Source: Patescibacteria group bacterium | Lineage (GTDB): Bacteria; Patescibacteriota; Patescibacteriia; JACRDY01 | Assembly: GCA_041653535.1 (NCBI GenBank) | Contig: JBAZFH010000001.1 | Location: forward strand, 150,175-214,174 | DNA length: 64,000 nt | Direction: 5' to 3' | Part shown: positions 38,844 to 49,700 of the stretch, piece by piece | How positions within the stretch are numbered: the first letter of the stretch is position 1 | Layout of the letters: every line of letters starts with the position of its first letter | Program-made: the position numbers and the translations under genes | The notes under the pieces: model-generated | Databases searched by the model: none | The model's input: only the letters and a program-made list of their open reading frames with translations | What the model was told of the DNA's origin: nothing

Positions 38844-39410
38844 TTAAAATTTTACTTCCACGTTTTGGCGTTCTTTTTCATCAGTGATTTGGAAGAATTG
38901 ATAATCTTTGAATCCGAGCATTTTGCCAAAAAAGTTGGTAGGGAAAACTTGCAGTTTGGTGTTGAAGTCTCTAACGTTGCCGTTATAAAAGCGGCGGGAA
39001 GCCTGAATTTTGTTTTCGGTGTCAGAGAGTTCATCTTGCAGTTGTAAAAAGTTTTGTGAGGCTTTTAATTCTGGATAGCTTTCAGCCACGGCAAAAAGAG
39101 ATTTGAGCGCGCCGGAAAGAACATTTTCAGCTGCTGCTTTTTCTTCTATAGTGCCGGCGTTAAGGGCTTCGGCTCGTGCTTCGGTAACTTTGGTAAAAGT
39201 TTCACTTTCATGTTTGGAGTAACCTTTCACTGCTTCGACTAAATTCGGAATCAAGTCGTGACGACGTTTGAGCTGGACATCGATGTCTGACCAAGCTTCA
39301 TCAGTGCGATTTTTGAAACGGATTAGTCCGTTGTAGGTCAAAATCAAATAAAGAGCGATAATAACAACTAGTACAATAATCACGATTAAAATGATACTTA
39401 AAAGATCCAT
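38844..39410 (-). CDS. lemA: LemA family protein
   Basis: N-terminal TM plus LemA core (NGLIRFKNRTDEAWSDIDVQLKRRHDLIPNLVE...). Confidence 0.85.
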   Translation of the reverse strand: MDLLSIILIVIIVLVVIIALYLILTYNGLIRFKNRTDEAWSDIDVQLKRRHDLIPNLVEAVKGYSKHESETFTKVTEARAEALNAGTIEEKAAAENVLSGALKSLFAVAESYPELKASQNFLQLQDELSDTENKIQASRRFYNGNVRDFNTKLQVFPTNFFGKMLGFKDYQFFQITDEKERQNVEVKF

Positions 39411-39493
39411 AAAAGTTAGCTTTTATTAGTTAGAATTGTTATAATGATTTTGTTTAAATTATAGAGAATTTTTTACTTTTAGTCAAAAAAAAT

Positions 39494-40849
39494 ATGCCTA
39501 TTTCTGCCAGCGTTTTTAAGGCCTACGACATTCGAGGTTTATACCCTCAGGAGATTGACGAGCAGGGAGCTTTTTTGATCGGACTTGCCTTTGCCAAAGT
39601 CTTCCAACCCAGGCGAGTGGTGGTCGGTCGCGACGTTAGAGATTGCAATGCCAAGATGCAAGCAGAATTGATCCGCGCTTTAGTAGAATCTGGAGTCGAT
39701 GTGGTAGATATCGGGCAAATACCAACTGACATGATTTATTTTGTTGTTGGCAAATTTGGTTTTGATGGCGGTATAGTTGCCTCGGCTTCACATAATCCGG
39801 TTGGTTACGGCGGTATTAAGATGGTGGAAAAAGACTCTAAGCCGGTTTTTGCCGAGCACAAAATGCCGGAGATCCGCGATTTGGTTATGTCGGGAACACT
39901 TGCGTCACCAGGTTTATCGGGAAAGGTGGAGGAAAAAGACTATACCAGCGAATATTTTGACTTCATCTTGTCATTTATCGATCCGGAAGTTTTAAAGCAA
40001 CAAAAAGTTGTTGCTAACGGTAACTTTGGTCCAAGTGGCAAGCTATTAGAAAAATTAGCCAAGGAACGCGGTCTGCCGCTGGAGATTGTTCCTCTAAATC
40101 TTAATCCGGACGGCAATTTTCCTAAAGGCCGACCCGACCCAATGGTGCCGGAAAACAGGGGAGAGTTTACTGCCTTGGCTAAAAGCAGCGGTGCCGACTT
40201 TGGTGTTTCTTGGGATGCTGACGGTGATCGTTGCTTCTTCTGTGATGGCAATGGTAATTTTTATGAGCCATGTTATATTACGGCATTTTTGGTTGAAGAA
40301 ATGCTGAAACAGTACCCCGGTGCCAAAACACTTTATGATATTCGTTATGTTTGGGCGGTAAAGGCAGCGGCAGAGGAGCATGGCGGGACGGCGCTGCCAA
40401 CACGTGTTGGTCGATCGTTTATCATGGATATAATGCGTCGGGAAGACGTTGTTTTTTGCGGTGAGTCCAGCGGTCATTATTATTTCAAAGATAATTATTA
40501 CTCAGATAACGGCATGATACCGCTACTCTTGATCTGGCAGGCTGTCTCTGTTAGCGGTAAGAAATTAGGCGAATTGCTGGAAAATTACACTAAACGCTTT
40601 TTTGTTTCCGGAGAATTTAATACTACGGTTAGCGACGTTAATGCTAAAATTAGCCAAATAGCAGCAAGATATGCGGACGGGCAGCAAGATTTTACTGATG
40701 GAGTTTCGATTGCTTATGACGATTGGCGTTTCAATCTCAGGGGTTCTAATACTGAGCCATTATTGCGATGCAATATCGAGGCGAAAAGCGAGGAACTGGT
40801 TATCAGTAAAAAGCAAGAGTTGTTAGATTTATTAGCAAAAAATGACTAG
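39494..40849 (+). CDS. phosphoglucomutase/phosphomannomutase-family (alpha-D-phosphohexomutase) enzyme
   Basis: Active-site serine loop ASASHNP, KAYDIRG N-terminal motif, four-domain length. Confidence 0.8.
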   Translation: MPISASVFKAYDIRGLYPQEIDEQGAFLIGLAFAKVFQPRRVVVGRDVRDCNAKMQAELIRALVESGVDVVDIGQIPTDMIYFVVGKFGFDGGIVASASHNPVGYGGIKMVEKDSKPVFAEHKMPEIRDLVMSGTLASPGLSGKVEEKDYTSEYFDFILSFIDPEVLKQQKVVANGNFGPSGKLLEKLAKERGLPLEIVPLNLNPDGNFPKGRPDPMVPENRGEFTALAKSSGADFGVSWDADGDRCFFCDGNGNFYEPCYITAFLVEEMLKQYPGAKTLYDIRYVWAVKAAAEEHGGTALPTRVGRSFIMDIMRREDVVFCGESSGHYYFKDNYYSDNGMIPLLLIWQAVSVSGKKLGELLENYTKRFFVSGEFNTTVSDVNAKISQIAARYADGQQDFTDGVSIAYDDWRFNLRGSNTEPLLRCNIEAKSEELVISKKQELLDLLAKND

Positions 40850-40910
40850 ATAGACTTTAGGAATTATTGCTCTTTTTCTTTTACCAAAATTACATTACAA
40901 TATAGGGGTT

Positions 40911-41690
40911 ATGATTGGTATATTTGATTCTGGGGTAGGTGGGTTGACTGTTGTTAGAGAGGTGTTAAAACAACTGCCCAATCAGCCGATTATCTATTTT
41001 GGCGATACGGCTCGGACGCCTTATGGCAACAAAGGTCCCAAAACTATTATCCGGTATTCGCAAGAGAATACCGACTTTTTGTTATCTAAGGGCGCCAGTG
41101 TTATTGTTATTGGTTGCAACACGGCATCAGCTGTTGCTGTTGAAGCTTTGCGGGAAAAGCATCCTGACGTGCCGATTTTGGAAGTAATCACGCCAGCTGT
41201 CAGTCGAGCGGTTGCAGTTACTAAAAACAAGAAAATTGGAGTTATTGGTACTCGGGCAACGATTGCTTCGCAGATTTATACCAAGAAAATTCAGGAGATT
41301 GATTCCAGTATTAAGGTATTTTCCGCTGCTTGTCCGCTCTTTGTTCCGCTGGTGGAAGAAAACTGGCTGACACGACCCGAAACAAAAATGATAGCTCGCA
41401 GATATTTAACTGATTTTAAGAATGTTGGTATTGATACGTTAATACTTGGCTGTACGCATTATCCCTTGTTAAAAGAGGTGATTTCCGCTAAAATAGGAAA
41501 AAGAGTGGTACTGGTTGATTCAGCAGAAGAAGTGGTTAAGGAAATTACGAATTACGAATTACGAATTACGAATAAGGAGGGTGATTCGAAGTTTTATTTT
41601 AGCGATTTGACCGAGCAAGTGGGTAAAATCAGCGCCAGATGGCTCGGTGGAAAAGTTGACCTTGAAGAAACAAATTTTGAAACAAAATAA
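40911..41690 (+). CDS. murI: glutamate racemase
   Basis: IGIFDSGVGGLTV, FGDTARTPYG, VIGCNTAS, LGCTHYPLL motifs. Confidence 0.9.
   Translation: MIGIFDSGVGGLTVVREVLKQLPNQPIIYFGDTARTPYGNKGPKTIIRYSQENTDFLLSKGASVIVIGCNTASAVAVEALREKHPDVPILEVITPAVSRAVAVTKNKKIGVIGTRATIASQIYTKKIQEIDSSIKVFSAACPLFVPLVEENWLTRPETKMIARRYLTDFKNVGIDTLILGCTHYPLLKEVISAKIGKRVVLVDSAEEVVKEITNYELRITNKEGDSKFYFSDLTEQVGKISARWLGGKVDLEETNFETK
41545..41572. repeat. heptanucleotide tandem repeat (ATTACGA)x4 inside murI 3' coding region
   Basis: attacgaattacgaattacgaattacga is translated as ITNYELRITN. Confidence 0.85.
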
Positions 41691-41700
41691 TTTTTATTTT

Positions 41701-42816
41701 ATGATTTTTACGATAATAATTTTTGTCGCCGTCCTAGCGATATTGGTTTTGGTTCACGAGATCGGTCATTTTATTACTGCGCGTAAATTTGGTTGCGCCG
41801 TAGAAGAATTTGGTATTGGTTTTCCGCCGCAGGCAAAAAAATGGAAAAGCAAAAAAACCGGTATTAATTATTCTCTCAACTGGATTCCTCTTGGCGGTTT
41901 TGTTAAAATTAAAGGCGAAGACGGGGAAAATCGACAAGAAAACGACAGCTTTGGCAGTAAAAAGGTTTGGCAGCGGGCGATTATTTTGTCTTCGGGAGTG
42001 CTGATGAATATTGTTTTGGCAATAGTTTTACTTTCCATTGGTTTTGGTATTGGACTACCTTCAGCGCTACCTGATGATTTATCCGATCTGGGTCGAGCGC
42101 ATGTCAAGGATGCTAAAATTCAAATTTATGCCATATCGGACGGTTCGCCGGCAGCAACAGCTGGTCTTCAAAGCGGTGATGCTTTGGTTAGTATTGACGG
42201 TAATAGTTTAAATAAGCTTGAAGACGTTCAGTCTTATATAGCCGGTAAAGACGGTCAGGAAATAAATTTGGCTTTACAGCGAGGGCAAGAAGATGTAAAC
42301 GTAAAAGTTGTTCCGGTTTTTCGCGAGGAAATAGGCAAGGCTGGTATTGGTGTTGCATTAGCTCGAACCGGAATTGTGTCTTACCCTTGGTATTTGGCGC
42401 CGATAAAAGGAGCGGAAGCGACTTTTAGTTTATTTTGGGCGATTGTCGTTGCTTTTTATACGTTGATTAAAAATTTAGTAACTGGTATTCCGGTTGGTGC
42501 CGATGTCGCCGGTCCGGTGGGTATTGCGGTAATGACTGGTCAGGTGGCGCGCATGGGTTTTGTTTATTTATTACAATTCACTGCACTGCTTTCAGTCAAT
42601 CTAGCAATTATCAATTTTTTACCTTTGCCAGCGCTTGACGGTGGAAGAATTCTGTTTTTGATTGTCGAAAAGATTCGTCGCCGTCCTATTCGTCAAGAAG
42701 TTGAGGCAGTGGTGCATAATATTGGTTTTATGTTACTGATAGGCCTGATGATTTTTGTTACTTTTCGTGACGTGATAAAATGGGGTGGAGGATTTTTTAG
42801 CAAAATATTTGGATAA
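41701..42816 (+). CDS. rseP: RIP metalloprotease RseP (site-2 protease, M50, PDZ-containing)
   Basis: HEIGHFITAR HExxH motif, PDZ region, and C-terminal NFLPLPALDGGR (LDG motif). The start at 41701 is preferred over the overlapping 41647. Confidence 0.85.
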   Translation: MIFTIIIFVAVLAILVLVHEIGHFITARKFGCAVEEFGIGFPPQAKKWKSKKTGINYSLNWIPLGGFVKIKGEDGENRQENDSFGSKKVWQRAIILSSGVLMNIVLAIVLLSIGFGIGLPSALPDDLSDLGRAHVKDAKIQIYAISDGSPAATAGLQSGDALVSIDGNSLNKLEDVQSYIAGKDGQEINLALQRGQEDVNVKVVPVFREEIGKAGIGVALARTGIVSYPWYLAPIKGAEATFSLFWAIVVAFYTLIKNLVTGIPVGADVAGPVGIAVMTGQVARMGFVYLLQFTALLSVNLAIINFLPLPALDGGRILFLIVEKIRRRPIRQEVEAVVHNIGFMLLIGLMIFVTFRDVIKWGGGFFSKIFG

Positions 42817-42830
42817 AATAGGGTAAATTT

Positions 42831-43859
42831 ATGTTAGACCAACTGAAAAAAATAGCCGACGAAGTAAAAGAACAGCTGAATAAAATAAAAAATTCAGAGG
42901 AACTTGCCGATCTTGAAGTTCGGATTCTTGGTCGTAAAGGCGAGCTAACCAACATTTTGCGTCAGCTTAAAGATCTATCGGAAGACGAACGTAAGAGCAT
43001 TGGTCAGCTAGCTAATGATATCAAAAACGACTTAGTCGCTGGATTTACTGAAATAAAAAATCAGATCGACGGTAACAAGAAGGCAAGTGAGATCGACTTG
43101 ACGCTACCGGGTAAGAAATTTGATATTGGTCATCTACATCCGATATCGCAAGTGCAGTATCATCTGGAAGATATTTTTTCTTCGCTTGGCTTTATTGTCG
43201 AAGACGGCCCGGATCTAGAGTCAGATTTTTTTAATTTCGAAGCGCTTAATTTTGCTCCTGATCATCCAGCGCGCGACATGCAGGACGCTTTTTATATTAA
43301 AGAAGAAAAAAATTACGATCCCAAAAATAAATTACTGTTGCGCAGTCAGACTTCGCCAGTACAAATCAGAGCGATGAAAAAACACGGCGCGCCGCTTCGC
43401 GTGATAGTACCTGGTCGATGTTTCCGTAACGAAAGCACTGATGTTCGTCATGAGCACACTTTTTATCAGCTGGAAGGTCTGATGATTGATAAAAATATCA
43501 GCATCGCCAATATGAAAAGCGTGCTGGAAATTATTGCCAAAAAATTATACGGTCCGGGAACCAAGGTTCGTTTCCGTCCCAAATTTTATCCTTTTGTCGA
43601 GCCGGGAGTAAATGGCGAAGTCAGTTGCTTTTTATGCCAAGGCAAAGGTTGCCGTCTGTGCAAAGATACCGGCTGGCTAGAAATATTTGGCGCTGGCATG
43701 GTGCATCCGAATGTACTGATTGCCGGTGGCGTGGACCCCAAAGAATACTCGGGATTTGCTTTTGGTTTTGGCCTCAATAGACTAGTCATGCTTAAATACG
43801 GTATCAACGACATCCGTTTGTTTATGAGCGGAGATAAAAGATTTTTGGATCAATTTTAA
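42831..43859 (+). CDS. pheS: phenylalanine--tRNA ligase alpha subunit
   Basis: Class II motifs (FRNES..D..HEHTFYQLEG; GAGMVHPNVL). Adjacent to pheT. Confidence 0.9.
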   Translation: MLDQLKKIADEVKEQLNKIKNSEELADLEVRILGRKGELTNILRQLKDLSEDERKSIGQLANDIKNDLVAGFTEIKNQIDGNKKASEIDLTLPGKKFDIGHLHPISQVQYHLEDIFSSLGFIVEDGPDLESDFFNFEALNFAPDHPARDMQDAFYIKEEKNYDPKNKLLLRSQTSPVQIRAMKKHGAPLRVIVPGRCFRNESTDVRHEHTFYQLEGLMIDKNISIANMKSVLEIIAKKLYGPGTKVRFRPKFYPFVEPGVNGEVSCFLCQGKGCRLCKDTGWLEIFGAGMVHPNVLIAGGVDPKEYSGFAFGFGLNRLVMLKYGINDIRLFMSGDKRFLDQF

Positions 43860-43930
43860 AAAAAAGAGATAAGCCCGGCGGATCCGGGTCCGGCTTCGCC
43901 GGAAATTAAGAATATAGAATCAATAATAGT

Positions 43931-46369
43931 ATGTTGATTTCACTTAACTGGTTGAAAAAATTTATCGATATTCCCAAGGGCTTTACGCCGCAAGATCTAG
44001 CGGCCAAACTGACCATGTCGACGGTGGAAGTGGAGGGGATAAAAAAACAAGGTGAACTACTGGATAATGTTGTTGTTGCCAAGATTTTGGAAATAAAAGC
44101 GCACCCGAATGCCGATAAGCTAAAAATCGTTACAGTTGATACTGGTAGCGATAAGCTTGAAGTTGTTTGTGGCGGAATAAATCTGCGCAATGAAATGGTC
44201 GTTGCCTTTGCCCGCGTCGGAGCTTTTGTCCGCTGGCACGGAGAGGCCGAGGTAACAGAACTAAAACCAGCCAAAATTCGTGGTGTCGAATCTGCTGGTA
44301 TGATTTGCGCTAGCGAGGAGATTGGTATTGATGGTGCGGTTCCTTGTGGTGAAGCGGAAGTTGCTGACCTAACCAATCTCAATCTAGAGATTGGTCAGCC
44401 GTTAGCCGAAGCGCTTGGACTAGATGATGTGATTTTGGAAGTAGATAATAAATCAATGAGCAATCGGCCGGATCTTTGGGGTCATTACGGCATAGCGCGA
44501 GAACTTTCCGCTTTGCTCAAAATAGATTTACAGGAATACAAAACTCCGGAAATAAAAGGCGGTCGAGGTAAAAAACTCAAAGTAGAAATAAAAGATAAAG
44601 ATAAATGTCCACGCTATATCGGCGTGATAATCGAAGGAATAAAGATCGCTCCATCGCCAGCCTGGATGGCAAAATTGCTCGAAGCAGCAGGTGTGCGTCC
44701 GATCAACAACATTGTCGATATTACCAATTACGTAATGTTGGAGCTAGGCCAACCGATGCACGCTTTTGATTTACGCAAAGTCAGCGGCGCGACAATAGTT
44801 GTCGAAACCGCAGAAAGAGGCGAAAAATTTGTCACTCTGGACGGCGTCGAGCGTGATTTGGACGAAGACATGCTGCTAATCAAAGACGCCAAAAAAGGCG
44901 TAGCTCTTGCCGGTATCATGGGCGGAGAAAATAGTGAGATAAAAGATGATACAACGGCGGTATTATTTGAAGCGGCAAATTTTAAAGCTAGCAATATTCG
45001 TCAGACATCGATGAAACTAGGACTCCGCAGTGAGTCCAGCGCTCGGTTTGAAAAAGGCCTTGATCCGCTGCTAGCCGAAACCGCAATGCAAAGAGCAGTT
45101 GAACTAGTAAAAGAATTTATTCCTGAAGCAAAAATTTCCGGCAAGGTAGTTGACGAAAATAATTATGAGTTCAAAGCGCCGGAAATTGATTTGGATCTTG
45201 GTTGGTTAAACAATCGTCTAGGAACCGCGCTTACCAAAGAAGATGTGCTGGATATTTTGCAGCGTTTAAATTTTGAAATAAAAGAAAAAAAGGATCAACT
45301 AACCATCGTTGTTCCTTCTTGGCGCGCTACCGGCGACGTTTCTATTACTGAGGATTTACTAGAAGAAGTAGCGAGAATTTACGGCTACGACAATATCAAA
45401 TCTGACGATCCGGTGTTACCGATGTCGCTACCGCAAGAAAATCGTGAACGAACAGTAGAACGAAAGATAAAAGATATCCTGGTTGGTCCGCTCGCTTTTA
45501 CTGAGAGCTACAACTATTCTTTTGTTGATAAAAATAAAGTTGGTAACCTTGGCCTTTTAGCTGCCGATCATATCGAGTTAGCAAATTCTTTGTCAGAAGA
45601 ACAAGGCTTACTACGCAACAGCTTGATTCCCAATTTAGTCAAAAACGTTGCCGACAATTTACGTTTTTATGATAGTTTCAAATTGTTCGAGCTAGACAGC
45701 GTGTTTATCAAAAATCTTGAAGGGCAGTATATCAAAATTATCGGTCAAGAAGAAAAATTACCTTTTCAAGAAAAATATCTGAGCGGCGTTGCTGTTGAGG
45801 CTGGAAACGATCAGCCATTCTATATCGTCAAAGGAGTAGTTGAGTCTTTGCTCGATCAGTTGCGTCTCGATTATTTTTGGCAGGTTCCAAAGAATATTCC
45901 CGCTTGGTGCGAAAAAACCAGAGCTATGCAAGTCGTTGTTCGAGGAAAGGTCTTGGGTTTGGTTGGTGAACTAGCCCGAACCGTGGCAGACAAGGTTGAT
46001 ATAAAGCCAGCGGTGGGGATATTTGAGCTAAACGCCGAGATGATAGCAAACGTTTATGACGACAACAAGGTTTATGAAGAAATATCCAAATATCCGTCGG
46101 TTTTACGCGACTTAGCTATTGTTTTGCCAGACGGCACGACTTGGGAAGATGTAAAAAAGGCTGTAAAAAAAGTCGGTGGGGAACTAGTTTCGGATATCGA
46201 ATTGTTTGATGTGTACCAAGGTGATAAAATAGAGGCAGGGCATAAGAGTCTTGCTTTCCATCTGGTTTTTTCCTTGCCAGACAGAACTCTGACAGCCGAA
46301 GAGGTAGGGCAGGTAGAAAAAAAGGTTGTTACAGAACTAGGTAACAAATTTAAAGCCAGGGTGAGATAA
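43931..46369 (+). CDS. pheT: phenylalanine--tRNA ligase beta subunit
   Basis: N-terminal tRNA-binding OB (LNWLKKF...), B3/B4 and FDX-ACB C-terminal domains. 812 aa. Confidence 0.9.
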   Translation: MLISLNWLKKFIDIPKGFTPQDLAAKLTMSTVEVEGIKKQGELLDNVVVAKILEIKAHPNADKLKIVTVDTGSDKLEVVCGGINLRNEMVVAFARVGAFVRWHGEAEVTELKPAKIRGVESAGMICASEEIGIDGAVPCGEAEVADLTNLNLEIGQPLAEALGLDDVILEVDNKSMSNRPDLWGHYGIARELSALLKIDLQEYKTPEIKGGRGKKLKVEIKDKDKCPRYIGVIIEGIKIAPSPAWMAKLLEAAGVRPINNIVDITNYVMLELGQPMHAFDLRKVSGATIVVETAERGEKFVTLDGVERDLDEDMLLIKDAKKGVALAGIMGGENSEIKDDTTAVLFEAANFKASNIRQTSMKLGLRSESSARFEKGLDPLLAETAMQRAVELVKEFIPEAKISGKVVDENNYEFKAPEIDLDLGWLNNRLGTALTKEDVLDILQRLNFEIKEKKDQLTIVVPSWRATGDVSITEDLLEEVARIYGYDNIKSDDPVLPMSLPQENRERTVERKIKDILVGPLAFTESYNYSFVDKNKVGNLGLLAADHIELANSLSEEQGLLRNSLIPNLVKNVADNLRFYDSFKLFELDSVFIKNLEGQYIKIIGQEEKLPFQEKYLSGVAVEAGNDQPFYIVKGVVESLLDQLRLDYFWQVPKNIPAWCEKTRAMQVVVRGKVLGLVGELARTVADKVDIKPAVGIFELNAEMIANVYDDNKVYEEISKYPSVLRDLAIVLPDGTTWEDVKKAVKKVGGELVSDIELFDVYQGDKIEAGHKSLAFHLVFSLPDRTLTAEEVGQVEKKVVTELGNKFKARVR

Positions 46370-46409
46370 AGCAGTTTGTATAAAAAAATTAAAATAAAAA
46401 TAAAATAAT

Positions 46410-46706
46410 ATGCTAGAAAACTCCAAAGACCTTCTTTATATCGTTATTTCTTTTTGTGTTTTGTGGCTGACGGCATTTTTATGCTGGATGATTTATTATA
46501 TAGCGATGCTGCTTAAGCAGGGTTATGATGTGGCTAAAAGTATTAGACAAAAAGTGGAAAAGGTGGAAGGTTTGATCGATCTAGCTAAGAGCAAATTAGA
46601 AAAATCTACGTCGCATTTGGCTTTAGTTTCTGAAGGCGTAGCGCAATTGGTGAAATATCTAATCAATAAGAAACAAGAGGCGAAAACCAAAAATAAAAAA
46701 AAGTAG
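46410..46706 (+). CDS. hypothetical small membrane protein (Lys-rich C-terminus)
   Basis: One TM (LLYIVISFCVLWLTAFLCWMIYYIAML). 98 aa. Confidence 0.4.
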   Translation: MLENSKDLLYIVISFCVLWLTAFLCWMIYYIAMLLKQGYDVAKSIRQKVEKVEGLIDLAKSKLEKSTSHLALVSEGVAQLVKYLINKKQEAKTKNKKK

Positions 46707-46729
46707 TTTTGATAACACGGGCTATAAAG

Positions 46730-46787
46730 CATGTAACATATAACAAAAAGCATCAATTTTTGTTGTGCGTTACATGTTTTATGTTTT
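46730..46787 (+). terminator. long imperfect inverted repeat (20-bp arms) followed by T-rich tract
   Basis: CATGTAACATATAACAAAAA-gcatcaa-TTTTTGTTGTGCGTTACATG then TTTTATGTTTT. Could double as an operator upstream of dnaE. Confidence 0.5.
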
Positions 46788-46796
46788 ACCTAATAT

Positions 46797-49700
46797 ATGA
46801 ATTTTGTCCATCTTCATACCCATTCTCACTATAGCTTGCTTGACGGTCTGGCTAAACTTGATGATGTAATCAAAAAGGCTAAAGATAACGGCATGACGGC
46901 TTTGGCGCTTACCGATCACGGTGTGATGTATGGTGCTATTGAGTTTTATCAAAAATGTAAAAAAGCCGGTATCAAGCCGATTATCGGTGTTGAAGCCTAT
47001 TTAGCTTCAGGCGGACATCAAAATAAAAGATCGCGGATTGACGAAGTGAATTATCATCTCATTTTACTTGCCAAAAATCAGACGGGATACAAAAATTTAT
47101 TAAAATTAGTTTCCATCGCTCATCTTGAGGGTTTTTATTACAAACCACGCATTGATTGGGAATTACTAGAAAAATATCACGAAGGAATTATCGCTTGTTC
47201 GGCTTGCATTCAGGGTGAAGTACCGCGGGCGATACTTGGCGGCGATGAGAAAAAAATAGAAGAAACTATTTTACGGTATAAAAATCTCTTTGGTCCTGGT
47301 AATTTTTATTTCGAGCTGCAGAGCAATCCCGGTATTCCAGAGCAAGCGTTAGTAAATAAAGGTTTAGTTGAATGGTCAAAAAAGCTTGATGTACCAATGA
47401 TTGCTTCCAATGACATTCATTATCTCAATAAAGAAGACGACGAAGCTCATGATGTTTTGATTTGTTTGCAAACCAAAAGGAAAAAAGAAGAAAGCGATCG
47501 TATGTGTATGCTAGGTGATGACTTTTCTTTGCGTACGCCAGAAGAAATGGTTCATACTTTTGCTGATTATCCGGAGGCGTTAGAAAATACCCAAAAAATC
47601 GCTGATTCCTGTAATCTGGAGATTGAACTTGGCAAAATCAAATTGCCGCGTTACGATCTGCCGGAAGGAAAAACAGCCATGGAATATTTGGAAGAGCTGG
47701 CCAGAAATGGCATCAAAAAAAGATTTGGCGACAATAATGTTGATTCAAGGGTAGAAGAGCGGCTGCGCTATGAACTGGAAGTTATCGGTAGGACGGGATT
47801 TGCTTCTTATTTTTTGATTGTTGCTGATTTTGTAAACTGGGCAAAAGATAACGGGATTGTCGTGGGTCCTGGTCGTGGTTCGGCCGCTGGTTCATTAGTA
47901 TCTTATTTGATTAATATTACTAATATAGACCCGATCAAGTACGATTTACTTTTTGAGAGGTTTTTGAATCCAGAAAGAATCTCTATGCCCGATATTGATC
48001 TTGATTTTGCCGATACCCGTCGTGACGAAGTTATTCGTTATGTGGAAAATAAATACGGCAAGGATCATGTTGCTCAGATTATTACTTTTGGAACAATGGC
48101 AGCGCGTGTTGCCGTCCGCGATGTTGGCAGAGTACTCGGTTATCCTTACGCCTTTTGTGATAAAATGGCAAAGTTAATTCCGATGTTTTCTACCTTGGAT
48201 GAAGCGCTGGAAATAGAGCCAGAACTGAAAAAACTTTATGATAGTGATCCGGAGGCAAAAAAAGTCATCGATACCGCCAAGAAAATGGAAGGTGTCGCTC
48301 GACATTCATCCACCCATGCTTGTGGTGTTTTAATCACGCCGGATCCTTTGACCGAATATGTTCCCATCCAATATTCTAGTTCTGGCGACGATGTTATTAT
48401 CTCGCAGTATTCACTTCATCCAGTTGAAGATCTCGGTCTGCTAAAAATGGATTTTTTAGGTTTGAAAAATTTGACTATTTTGGAAAACACCATCAACATT
48501 GTTGAAAAAATACATGGCGAGAAAAAAGATTTGAACAATTTACCTTTGGAAGATGTAAAAACTTTTGAGCTTTTGCGTCGCGGTGAGACTACCGGCGTGT
48601 TTCAGTTGGAGTCCGGAGGCATGAAGCGTTATCTTAAACAGCTTAAACCAAACCAACTGGAGGATATTATCGCTATGGTGGCGCTTTATCGTCCGGGACC
48701 AATGGAGTTTATTCCTGATTTTATTGATGGTAAACACGGCAGGAAAAAGGTTCAGTATTTGCATCCTAAGCTAGAGCCGATACTTGCTGGTACTTACGGT
48801 GTGGCGGTTTATCAGGAACAAGTGTTGCGTATGGCACGGGATTTGGCCGGTTTTACTCTTGGCGAAGCAGATGTATTGCGCAAAGCTGTCGGTAAAAAAA
48901 TTGCCAGTCTTTTGCAGGAGCAGCGAGAAAAGTTTGTTGCTGGTTGCGTCAAAAACAGTATGGATAAAACTACGGCAGAAAAGATATTCGACTTTATCGA
49001 ACCGTTTGCTCGTTATGGATTTAACCGTGCTCACGCTGCCTGTTATGGCATGATTGCTTATCAAACCGCTTATTTTAAGGCTAATTATCCGGCGGAATTT
49101 ATGGCTTCATTATTGACCTCCGATAAAGATAATATGGATAGAATCGCCATAGAAATTGAAGAATGTTCACGAATGGGCATTGAAGTTTTACCGCCAGATA
49201 TTAATGAGAGTTACTCGACTTTTACCGCAGTGGCAGCCAGTTTGGAAAGCGACAAACCACGTATTCGTTTCGGGCTTAATGCTGTAAAAAATTTGGGCGA
49301 GGCAATCGCTAAAGCAATCATCCATGAACGCAAAGCCAACGGTCAGTATAAAAATTTTGAAGATTTGTTGTCCCGGGTACGGTCAAAAGATTTGAACAAG
49401 AAGTCAATTGAAAGTTTGGCGAAATCAGGAGCTTTAGATAACCTGATCGAACGTAATCAAATTATTTACAATATAGAGAAAATTTTGGTTTTTATTAAAG
49501 ATGTTCAGCAAGAACAAGATTCTTCGCAGGCTAGTTTATTTGCCGCTTCCACTATTGGACCAAAATTATCATTACAACTTGAACGAGCGCCGGAGAGTAC
49601 AAAAAAAGAACGTCTGACTTGGGAAAAGGAATATTTAGGAATTTATATCTCAGGTCATCCGTATAAAGAATATGAGCTAGAGTTGCGCGATTTGACTACT

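Noticed and set aside
41647-41700. rseP start at 41647 overlapping murI by 44 nt
   Set aside because: The internal ATG at 41701 gives a canonical signal/TM start (MIFTIIIFVAVL...) directly preceding the HExxH helix and removes the overlap, so the shorter start is preferred.
46791-46799. Leaderless dnaE transcript from the TAATAT hexamer touching the ATG
   Set aside because: The hexamer abuts the start codon with zero spacing, so a TSS would fall inside the ORF. It is more likely the true promoter lies upstream or the region is read through from the hairpin.
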